From: Dipteris shenzhenensis
Lineage: Eukaryota
Length of the DNA stretch: 64,000 nucleotides
Direction: 5' to 3' (one strand)
Assembly: GCA_047967505.1 (NCBI GenBank)
Contig: CM106538.1
In this document: positions 26,181 through 37,054 of the stretch, one piece after another
How positions within the stretch are numbered: position 1 is the first letter of the stretch
Layout of the letters: the number at the start of each line of letters is the position of its first letter
The notes under the pieces: model-generated
What the model was told of the DNA's origin: nothing
What the model saw: the letters and a program-made list of their open reading frames with translations, nothing else
Database searches by the model: none
Translations under genes and position numbers: made by a program

Positions 26181-26275
26181 GCCAGACCTAGCTGGTCGGC
26201 CAGCTGGTCGGTGGGCCTGCCAGCTGGTCGGCCAACTGGTCGGCCAGTTCTGGTCGGCCAGACCAGCTGGACTTT
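26181..26275. repeat. Tandem 12-bp ccagctggtcgg repeats (~6 degenerate units)
   Basis: Read directly; each intact unit contains the palindrome ccagctgg. Confidence 0.85.
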
Positions 26276-26940
26276 CTGGCCACTTGTTTGGCTGAGATGG
26301 CTGGCCTTTTGGCTGGCCTGTGAGCTGTTCGATTGCCCCATAAATTGGGGATTGCTTAGTTGCTGAATACCCCCCTCCACCACCGACAGCCTTTTCACCC
26401 CACCTCTGATATTAGCCCTCCTTCTAACAATGGGGGGGCTCGTCATGCCCCCACGCTAGGACCTGCCACCCAAAAAAAAAAAAAGGCTACAGGATAACAG
26501 GAGTCAATTTCCGAAATGAGAAAAGGGGAGAAAGACAAAGACAAAATCAAGAAAGAAGACAAAAACCAGCAGATACAATTGAAGCTCGAGGATGTGAATA
26601 AGCGCTTCAACTGGAGTGGACTCGGAGTGGATAGCAAAGTAATTCATAAGACGGGATCTACCTCAGCTTCAGCTTCAACTTCAGCCTCAGCTATAGCCAC
26701 ATCTGCAGTCACATCCACTCCAGCTACTTCTTCAGCCACAAATATACCCATGACAGGAGGTCCAACATCGACTTCCTCCCCCTCTCCCGCGAGCGATAGA
26801 GGGGTCGACACCGATCTCCTCCCTCTCTCCTTCTCCCACTACAGTTACAGTCTCCCTATCTGCCTCATTGCCTATGTCACCTACATCTGAGGTATCATAT
26901 ATTGTCTCACACTACTCGAATTTTCTTTCCCTCTTCCTCT

Positions 26941-29900
26941 AACAGGGCCAAGGGCCCCTCTGTGCACTGTATGGGCACCTCCGACAGCACCAGGGCTGCC
27001 AAACAGCAGCGTGACCTGCAAAAGAAGCCCCCGCAACAGGTACTAGGGCTCTCAGGCCCCCCCACGATCTGGGACAGGGCTCAACGCCCTCCAAACACCA
27101 GCAAACTACTCCAGGGGGCTCCTAGCTCCCCCGGTGGGCTGCTATCTCTGTCCAAACACCCCCAACTGCCCTTGGACTTCTCAAGGGTTGCCATGGGCAG
27201 CCCCTAAGGTGTGGACAAACCCACAGGACCACACAGAAGGACCTGCAAAAATAAAGAACAAAATCATCATGACAATGAGGAGCTATGCAAAAGCTCTTGA
27301 AAGAGCAATGACAGTCTATATGGCTGGCTCACCACCCAAGAATGCTTCGAGGTCTTGACTCACCTCAGTAAAATTTGTATGGCTTTGATTGAGAAAGTAG
27401 ATAGCATCGAGACCACCAATGTGGCACTGATGGCAGAAAAAGCGCACATTGACAAAACATTGAATGAAATCAAGAAACAAGGAGGACATATGCAAGAGGA
27501 ATAGAGGAAGGAGAAAAGCAAGAAAGATGAATGGGAGAAGGAGAAAGAAACATGGGCAGCTGAAAAGACCAGCCTCAATGATAAAATGCAAGCCATGGGG
27601 ACAGAATTACAGCAGCTGAGGAACATGCAAGGGACAATGGAAGGGACGTGCAAGGCAATGGAAGAGCTGAAATCTGAGAATGAGAAGCTCAAGAAGAAGA
27701 TGGCAGCCTTACACACTACTATACAAGGGAAGCATGCTGAGTTCACACAACAAATCACTAAAGGGAATGCAAATATGCTAGAATGGAAGAATGTGGTTAA
27801 GAAGGGTGCAGGTGATCATGGGATCTAGGACGATAAGGAGTAAGCCCTCAGTTCCCCATCAGATCATATAGGCAGAGTTCGCCATGACACCTCTCCAGGT
27901 GGACGCCCTCTTTCAGACCGTGACTTTTCTCCACAAAGTTTCAGCCCCACCTCAGTGGAGATTATCGAGACTCGCACTAGAGTCATCCCGACGACGACTG
28001 GCAAAGAGGGGCTTTGATACAGCATGGTATGCATGGGTTTCCATGTGGTTTGATAGCCACGGTATCCAAATGGATAGGCTGAAGCTATGAGTATCTATGT
28101 TAGATCTCAAGCTGACATCTTTGGGCTGAGACTTCCCATCAGAAGGGAAGAGGAGCTACTTGACAGTGAGTTGGCAGATGACACAGCAGTTTACTTGGAT
28201 GCCACTCCACAGACGCTCACTTCTTTCAGGACAGCATTGGATTTATTTTGCTTAGCGGCAGGGGCACAGATAAATTGGCATAAATCCAATGGCTTTTGGA
28301 TCAGTGATGAGGACACTCCAGTTTGGGGGCTTGACATAGGATTCACTTGGGTTCAGAGGGGTGAGCCTATTAGGTATTTGGGCTGCCAGGTCGGCTTGGA
28401 TATTTCTACCATGCAGCAGTTTGCTCCCGTTTTGGAGAGCATCAGAAGGAAGCTTCTTTTTTGGAGCTCAGCCAAGCTGGATCTTGCCTCTAGAGTTGTG
28501 GTGGTCAACCAGGTCCTCTTGGCCACGACCTGGTTTGTTTGTTCATGCTGGTGCCGTTCTAGGGACTGCATCATTCAGCTCAAAAGACCGATCAGAAACT
28601 TTCTCTGGAGTGGGCTTGATGGCACAGCAGATGCCTTAGCCAGGGTGGCTTGGGAGACCCTCATCCTCCCTACACAGGAAGGGGGTCTCAATATTATTGA
28701 TCCAGATTTACAGTGCAGAGCTTTACTTTGCAAGATGGTGGTGCGGGGACTTATGCCAGGGCAGGAACCGTGAAGGACTTTCTTATCGGCAGCATATAGA
28801 GGTGCACACCTTCTTCAGGAGGAGACTGGATGAGCAGTGTTAGGTGGATCTTCACCACAACACACCTCAAATCACCTTTGTCCCCTCTCATGGTTGCCAT
28901 TCTGAAAGCTTGGGCCAGTTTCAGAAGCACTCTTCGAAGGATTCCTCCTTCCTCTCGGGAAGAGATTGATAGGCAACCCATCATGTGGAATGACAGTATT
29001 TTAGATGATCATGGCAGACCACTGGGTGCCTCACTCTACATGCAGTGGTCCAGGTGGGAGAGGGGACCTGCATCATCCATGGGGTCTTGGAAAGCTTTCC
29101 GTAGGCTTCCAGAGGAGACCAAATCCAGGACATCTCAGAGGGAGTGCAGGGAGAATCTTGCAAATTGAGGCAGCCCTTCCAAAGGTTTGGGTAGACACAG
29201 ATGATACGCCACTCACTTCCTCCACTTGGGCAGGTGCTTTTACGAGAGGCGGTGTTCCACTTCAGGTTTTGGCCTTTCGAGATGCACAGGAGGATGCTTT
29301 AGTTTTTAGTGTCCAGGATGGTGGCAGATTGCTCAGGTCCACAGAGGACATCTTGCTTGAGTCTGCTTTTCAGCCTATCAGGGTTGTAGGTCTTTTGGTG
29401 CAGGGATCAGATTCAGAGTGGTTCCTAGACCCAGACCCCTGGCTACTCTCCACCGGGTCTTGGAGGCTCTAGATCTTTGGGGGAGTTCCCATCAGGTATT
29501 TGCAGTGGGACCCCGGAGAGTGGGAGTGGGTTGACGCAGGGCATCGAGAGAAGAGCATCCCCTTCTTTCGTTACACGGTCAGTAATGCCAGGAGATATCA
29601 GCTCAGTAGTAGAGGTTGGAGACCTTCCAGAGTTCCTCATTGGGAGACATTTGATATCACTGCGGATCTGCAGAGGTGCTTTTGGGAGAGACTCTGGAAA
29701 TCCCACAGGAATAGAAAGATCACTATCTTCTTTTGGCTTTCTATCCATGGTGGGATTGCAGTAAACCTTTGGAGGTCCAGGTTCGGAGCCGACCCTACTT
29801 GCCCTCGATGCCTCTCTGCTTCGGAGACTATTCAGCATTGCTTATGGGATTGCAGACAGGCAAGGATGATTTGGATAGGGGTAGCCAGGACTTTCAGTCA

Positions 29901-31567
29901 CTTTGCCCACTCCCCATTTTTTATGACATGGGGCTCAATGGCTTGGCTTTCTCTTACAGGACCTCAGGTTTTCTATGAGAGTTGACTCCTCTCGGGCCAT
30001 TTCGGTTCGACGTCATCGGATTGAGTCCTGTTCGTTGGATGTGGTACCACACCTTCCTTTTACAGCTGTACATGCCTCTGTGGATACTTCTTGGGAGATT
30101 CTAGCGAGCATAGCATCCTGGCATATCCAGAGAGCCAGATGCACAGAGGCTTTGGAGGGTACTCAGGTTCATCCCTTGCACACATTGGACAGACACCGTA
30201 CATACTTTGATGGCCGTATGGACGGGTATGCACGGAGACTCCTGTGCAGCCTTAGCTAGGAGGGCTTCTTTCTTCAGGGAATGGAAGGATTCTCCTTTCT
30301 TCTCTGAGACTACTACAGGGTTAAGGTGGCACTTTCAGTCTCAGCCTTGGTTGTTTTCCACCTCACTCTAAGGGGGTTTTTTTTTTAATTTATCCTTATG
30401 ATTTCATGATGTATTCCGCTTTGAGCTTGCTCTCGCGGGTTTTTTCTCTTACTTAATAAAAGTTTTTTTCTTGGGGAAAAAAAAAAATGGATGGGCTCCC
30501 TCCCTTTTAGTACAGCATGGATGCACCACCGGAGCTCATTCCACATGAGGAGGTTAACCGTATCATACGGTTAGACCTTCTCTAGCTCCACACATATCGG
30601 GCTTTGGGTAGGGGATCAGGAGTTCCCCACCAAGACCCAATTCTATCATGAGCACTTTCTAAGGATATCGGAGCATGGTCTCATCATCATCATGCCCTAG
30701 TACCTCAAGGATAGGAGAGTCTCACACACCTTGCACATTGCTATCGAACAAACACGAGTCTCATCCCCCCAGTTGCGGATTGAGGCAGGGAGAGTGGCTG
30801 GCATACATAGAGAGTAGTGGGTCTATAGACTATGCACGATGGGGGAGGTTGAGATAGAGGAGCATTTTCTCTGTGTCTGTCCGGCCTACTATGAGATCCG
30901 AGGGCAATACCACTGTCACTTTCAAGAGGGGCTTGGCTTCGGACCACTCACACGGTTGATACGTTTTCCCAACCAGGTTTGCATTGGGCTCTACCTGATT
31001 GAGATGTGGAGAGTTGAAACACATAGATTCCGTTGTGTGGCAGGCCAGAGATCAGCTATAGTTGATGCCTCAGGACACCGAGCTAGACCGAGCGCAGAAA
31101 CGCAACACTGATTTTTACGCATCCAAGCCAGCACCAGATGAATCGAGGGGGAGGAGCTGGAGCAGAGAACTATGGATGAGCATTGTCACCAAGATGTGGC
31201 ATTACTCTCGATGTAGCCCATCAGATATAGAGATTTAGAAGAGCACGCCCCCCGCCACCGCGGGAGATAGCCCAGAAGACACAGATACATGAGCTCTTTG
31301 CATCACATCAGAGGGCCATGAGGGAGCCGGGCTATATAGAACTTGCACATGTACTTGGAGCTCTAGTTCTAAGCAGTACTTGATTGCTCTTTTCCTACTA
31401 TTTTGTACTAGCTTTTTGCATTTTTAGCACTCAGCACTCAGCAAGGGCCTTAGTGAGCCCTTTGCTTCAACCCACAGTGTCGTATGGGTTACATATATTT
31501 TGTACCTTGTCTCATAGACCCGCGAGGTCTCCTAAAGACGTTAATACACTTTTCTTTCTTTCTTTCT
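26941..31567 (+). mobile_element. Internally deleted RTE-X-like element (ORF1 part joined to post-RT ORF2) with (CTTT)n tail
   Basis: The coiled coil at 27340-27810 matches 11050-11520. At ~27807-27811 the sequence jumps to a region matching 22575 onward. C-terminal EEHFLCVCPAYYEIRG (30839-31111); tail at 31549-31567. Confidence 0.87.
28081..30484 (+). mobile_element. 5'-truncated L1-type copy (2.4 kb) with 13-bp TSD
   Basis: Highly similar to 52858-55279. TSD aaatggataggct (28068-28080) / aaatggatgggct (30485-30497); poly(A) tail; host frame QMDRL|PPF resumes afterwards. Confidence 0.95.
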
Positions 31568-31706
31568 CAGCCAGCCATCTCTCCAACACCCAGCTGGTAT
31601 CATTCCAGCCATGTCTCAATCATCCCCATATCTCACCCAGCTAGCCCAGTCACCATCCGCCATTTTGCACATTCTCCTAGTTTTGTACCACAGCCTTTTC
31701 AGTTTC

Positions 31707-32005
31707 AGCTTGGGCGAGGACTAGCTGACCCATCACCAAATCCCTAGGTGTCTCTGCTCATGGAGGTACACAGGATTTGTGTACGCAAAATGGAGCTGAC
31801 TTGCTTCACACAGGAGCGAGCCTGCTTCACCCAAGAGTAGGCTCGTGCCATACAAGAGTAGCTTGGGCGAGGACTAGCTGACCCATCACCAAATCCCTAG
31901 GAGTCTCTGCTCATGGAGGTACACAGGATTCGTGTACGCGACATGGAGCTGACTCGCTTCGCACAAGAGCAAGCCTACTTCATAGGCTCGTGCCATACAG
32001 GAGCA
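31707..32005. repeat. 153-bp tandem duplication in the RTE-X ORF1 coiled-coil region
   Basis: agcttgggcgaggactagctgaccc... at 31707 and 31860. Confidence 0.92.
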
Positions 32006-33419
32006 GGCCGGCGTGGAGCAAGGCCTCATCCAAGAGCTCAAACAAGACATCTTACAGCTCTGACAGGAGGTAGCAGCCATCCATGCAATCCCAGGAAGTA
32101 CCCCAGTGGTCGAGGCACAAATTGCGAGCATGCAATATGTAATTGAGGAGACATCCAGATGGGTAGATGTGGCCAAATGAGAACCTGTGAAAGCAACCAT
32201 TTCAGCCACTCTCATGGAGAAGCAGCAAAGAGCCAATAAGGCTCTCAACATCAGAGTCTGTGGCATCCCACGCACAGAGGCTACACCGATGAGCGATGCG
32301 ACTACATTTGTGGCCACTACTCTTGGGATACTTGAGCACAGGATTGAGAGGGCTTGACAGGTGGGAAGAGACCCCGATCGAGAGCAGCCCCTTATCATAC
32401 GATTCCATGATGCTCCTGCATGACTCCAGCTCTACAGCACAAATCAGTCTTATGGGACCAACTATCTATATCCATAAATGAGGATCTCAACCCCTTACAG
32501 GTTGAGGAGAGGTGCACTCTGATACAACAGCGGGATCAGGCTCGCAAGGATGGGTAGTGGGCGGTAGTTTGAGATGGATGACTCCTTACAAGCCCCCGTT
32601 GGGCATCTGCCCCTCGTTCCACATAAGGAGGCGGGGTCTATGAGAGTCAGCCTATGGAGACCCTGTCCTGTACCATTTGGAACTGTAATGGTAACTTATG
32701 GTCAGAACCAGGTAACTTCTCGAAATCTTAGACAGGTCGTGACATAGTCTTTTATACAAAGACACATCGGAATCTAGAGCGCCCACTACCAGTAGTCAGC
32801 GGGTACACATGGGAGTATGCTTACAGAGATGAGACAAGGGACATAGGGGGGGTACGAGGATCAGGAGTAACAATTCTTTACAGGTTCACCCCTAAGGGAA
32901 CCATCTCAGTAGAGCAGAGAGATACACACTTCAGATTTCTCTGGATCCAAATCCGACACACAGACAGCCGAATTTGTTGTTGCAATATGCTATTTCCCCC
33001 TCGAGACCACCCACTTTGCTCGAGATATCCAAGAGGAGACGGAGACATCACCATACAGCTCTTATCAGGACATCGTCGACCTCTCAAGCCGCGGGGAAGT
33101 CTTGCTGGTTGGGGACTTCAATGTGAGGACAAAGGTCCGTCAGATACCATTCTCGACTTCAGAGATGATTCCATTTTACTGCCAGACATTGATCTTGAGG
33201 ACCCAAGTATGATGCAAGTTTCAGCTGATAGACGAGCTCCGAACACATCTTACGGGCAAGCTCTATTAGATCTAGGCAAGATGCATGATCTTATTATTTA
33301 TATTGGTCTTGATAAATGGCCCTCCTCAGGTGGTTTTACCTGCTTCCCACATGGAGGGGGCTCTAGCACTGTTGATTACATCATGGTATCCCTTTCCTTT
33401 GCCTCTCGTATCACTAACT

Positions 33420-36130
33420 ATTATTTTTGGTTGCAAAGAAAGGTACCTTCTATTAATGATTGAAAAACTTCATACAAAACAGCAGCCCCAAAGGTGCTGA
33501 GTATGGAAAAAAATCCGAATAAAGGCTGAAAGAAGAAAACCCATCATGTTCCAAAGAAACCCAGCTCACTGTCTAGGGAATCTTTGGTACAAGGGCTAAC
33601 AGCCAGGTGGGAAGACTATACAATAACCATCGAATCCCTCGCGGAGTGAATATGTAGAAAACTCCTGCAGGCCAAGCCTTGCAGAAACGTGCGTGCCTCG
33701 GGATAGTCACCCTAGAGCCTGGGGGTGTCGATGATATCCTGCTAGATGGCAACCAAGGTAGCCGAGGGTGGAACTGGATGCTCACCCATCATCAGACTAT
33801 AGCGAGCAACCCAAATGTTTCACACCGTGATATTGGGTGCTACCTCCCACACGCTATCCTCCGGAGGGGAATGAGGATCTGGGATATCAGGACAAACCGT
33901 CACATGGAGCTCTATCCTTTGAATGCTCTGACCCTATATCTAGTAAGCCGGAGAGACCTCATAAATCTGGAACACGTGTCCTCCCACGGTCAACTAGGCC
34001 ACCATGCCCCAGGTGTAGTCCCTCTGAAGGCTCTGCATGCAGGTCATAATCTTGAGGGCTCCCATCCAGATCCCCACTGCACTACGATAGCTCCAGAGGC
34101 AGTGAGGGATTGTATCTAAAAATCTAGCAGAACAGCAATGACACACTGTCCCTCCACCCACATCTGCTCCAACCATAAGCCTATGGACAAGCCTCCGTGG
34201 GCAGCCAGCCAAGAGAAGCCAAGATGGAAGTACGCAGAACCTACGCGAGCGAGCCAGAGGTCCATGCCCTGAGGTCCCATCCACTCATCGATCATCTGGT
34301 ATATCTGGTGCTCCATCATCGCATTGAATAGCTCTAGTGTCCACTTCTCCACCCTTGTGGAGGCAAAATGGAGGATCCGAACTGGGTAGGTGCACGATCC
34401 TACCGCACTGATGCCCCCTTTACGGGGCTGCAGGACCAAAATAGTCAACTCCAAGGGCATGGGGTAAGAATCCGGGATCTCCAAACAGTTCCAAGGTCCC
34501 AACTGCCAGAACTCATGCGGTAGCCGCCTCCTAGTATGCATGTAAAGGCCCGCGGACACATCATCGTGACCCCGCTCTCCGAAACTATGGGAAGAAGAAG
34601 CTGAGTCTTGGCTACCTAGAGCGCTAACTTGCTGCCAAGCCAAGGTAAGCAGGGGAGCTTTGCCTTGCCCTTGCTCGCGGAAGCGGGGTCAGTTGCTGAG
34701 CTTGGCCAGGTGCTCGAGGCAGAGGCCCCAGGCGAGGCTGCAGCTAAGGCTGCGGCTAACTGAGGGGAAGGGGAGGGGGCTGGAGGGGAATTGCGGGTAG
34801 TGAGGATAATCACCGGGGAAGGAGCAGGTTGAGGCAATAAGGGTGGGGGAGGCACGGGAGGGGGCTGCGGAGAGGAGGTTGGCGGTTCCACGGGAGGGGG
34901 AGAAGAAGGCTGTGTTGAGTCTGCTATTGTCTCCGGAGAAGGGTGCTGCGGTGGAGGCGCCTGCGTCCTCTGAGGCTCCTCCAAGCTCGGAGGAGGGTGG
35001 GCCAGAGAGGCTGTGGGCATTGGTACTCTGGGAGTCTCCAGCGTCGGCTCTAGCTACGGTGGGGAATCCTGCAGAGACGAGGAATCTCTCCTCCAGAGGG
35101 GCCTGAGGGAGGTCCTAAGGTCGCTGTCTCCCTCTTCGGATCACGTGATACCTGTGGCCTCCCATCGGATCTCCTTGTGACTGTGTAGTTGTTTGTGCTC
35201 ACCTCTTTCGGTTGGCACGATGTCGTTGATTCTTTCTGGCCCACTTGCCCCTCGTCTTTTTTCCCACCTTAATCCATCTGCCCTTTGAAGGCTCTACCCA
35301 GGGGGTTTGCGACTTTGGCTATTGTCCCTGAGACTCCTATTGTGTTTGCCTTGGTGGCCTTTGAGTCCCCTCCCCTCTCATGTCTCTATGTTGTCCATGT
35401 GTCTCTTAGGGGGAAGGATGAGTTTTGTATTGGCCTCGTGTGCAATATCGAGCTAGGTGCCCCATATGTCTACACCTCAAACACTGGCCTGGTAAGCCTG
35501 AAACTTCCTGACGTTGACGAAGAGTAACTCCCTCCACAGTCTCCAAGAGAATCACGTTTGGGATGGTATCTGGGTTCTCTACCATGAGTCTGAGTGGAGG
35601 AACCCCATCATCTGTTACCACTGCTGCCTCAGACTCTGTTGGGTACTCCAAAACTATGCCAAACGCTTGTCCAATGGAAGAGAGGATGGACTTGTATTCC
35701 CTCAGAAGCCTCGAAAAGCAGAGCGTCGCTGGGAAGCGAGGAACATGGTGAGTCGAGCCCATGTCCTCCACCATGAATCCATGATACCAAGGGATGAGGT
35801 AAACCAAATGGGTCCCAGGAGGATAGGCCTAGCTCCACGAGAGTAAGAGTGGTATCCGGGGAGCCTAGCTGGAGGAGGAAAACACCACGTCCATAGATAG
35901 TGACCTCTTGAATGTGATCACCGTCTAGTGCCAAGCTGGCTTGGATCCAGTCCTGCCAAATCTGCCTCCTCGAGGGAGTGAGGCCTACTATCGTGCTTAT
36001 GACAGCCCTGTCTTGCAAGAGATTCACTGCCTGCTGTACCTGTTGCTTTTTCGCTGGTGATAGAAGAACTTTGACATCTGGGGGAGTCGAGGGTGCTGCC
36101 CTAGAGCCCCTCTGGCCTCGCCATCAATGT
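33420..36130 (-). mobile_element. L1-related element with ORF1 and ORF2 C-terminus but no EN or RT
   Basis: ORF1 DUF4283-like GRGVFLLQL..PW..CLRCRHMGHLARYC (35406-36027), Pro-rich 34616-35020, then WLAAHGGLSIGLW..C..C..TIPHCLWS..TWGMVA, homologous to 54520-54740. Terminus ttaatagaagg..aaaaataa. The 5' end may extend to ~36800. Confidence 0.8.
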
Positions 36131-37054
36131 ACCAGTCACTAGCAATAAGCAATAAACTACACCAACCTAAAAGAGGAGGAGAGGAAGAAAGAAGTAAAAG
36201 CGCCTACGAGGAGAAAGCCCTAATGAAATGAACCGGCCTGGCCTGAGAAAATCATTGAAGTTCTTCCACAGGCAAGCTCCGAAATCCAGAAGTGAGCTAT
36301 CACAAAGAAGAACACTAGCTCGGAAGCAGCTTCCAATGAACTTGTTGAGGGAGCTGGTCGAGCAATGGAAAAGGACAATGACTGTACACTGCCAGTAGCA
36401 TCTGAAGTCTCCTTTGGGTGAAGTAGATTGCAATCGAAGAGCACCAAAAGGAGAACCAATTGACCCACAATGGCTGTGGGTTTTTCTGCGTGATCACGAG
36501 CTGCTTAACCAAAGCTGAGTTGCGAGGGTAATGTACAAGCTTGGAACAATATGACACTAGCTGTGGGAGCAAAGGCGCAAAGGGAGGGGCTGCGAGATTA
36601 GTCCGCTTCTAGCCTGCAGTCCACGATGGGCAGCAAGGCCTTGCGATGCCAAAGAAGGGCACACGGCGCGAGAGGGAGGGGGGGTGGGTGGTGAGCTCGC
36701 AGGTAGAAGGCGTCCGTTCCAAGTTTGGACATGTCTATGGTCCAATTTGCAGCCAAGGAAGATCTCCTCCAGCAAAGCCAGGGTTAGGCCTAGCTATAGC
36801 AGTGATCCGTCTACCATCGAAAATGATTCTCTTTCAGGCTCACTTCTGGACCCTTCAGCAGTGCGCTAACCTCTTCGGTGTAGATGTCAGTATTGGGCAC
36901 GCATAGCAGGGATCGAGCCAGTGGCGACTCTGGTCTGTCGGTGCACGAACACAGGTTACTCTCCCTCCAAACCTTCGGCGGAGTCACTAAAGTCAAATTT
37001 CTTAGAATAGGCTCCAACGCACAGGCGAGCCTTGTTCAGTGCTACACCTTCCCC

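Larger units (their letters stand above)
23897..26445 (-). mobile_element. Probable solo LTR (~1.0 kb after removing the nested LINE)
   Basis: Imperfect inverted termini ttacagcccccc / ggggggctcgtca. Minus-strand ctataaaagg at 26171-26180 is preceded by 12-bp repeats; gcagatctggagcag repeats at 24267-24460. No clear TSD. Confidence 0.55.
26484..33419 (+). mobile_element. RTE-X-like LINE 5' half (same subfamily as 12930-18432), split by an insert and 3'-truncated
   Basis: ORF1 MRKGEKDKDK..LEDVNKRFNWSGLGVDSK (26516) matches the 18399 ORF1 and has a similar short 5' UTR. Homology breaks at 26940 and resumes at 31568. EN WNCNGNLW (~32680), GDFN (~33112) and STVDYI (~33365) end at SRITN (33418). 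Confidence 0.88.
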
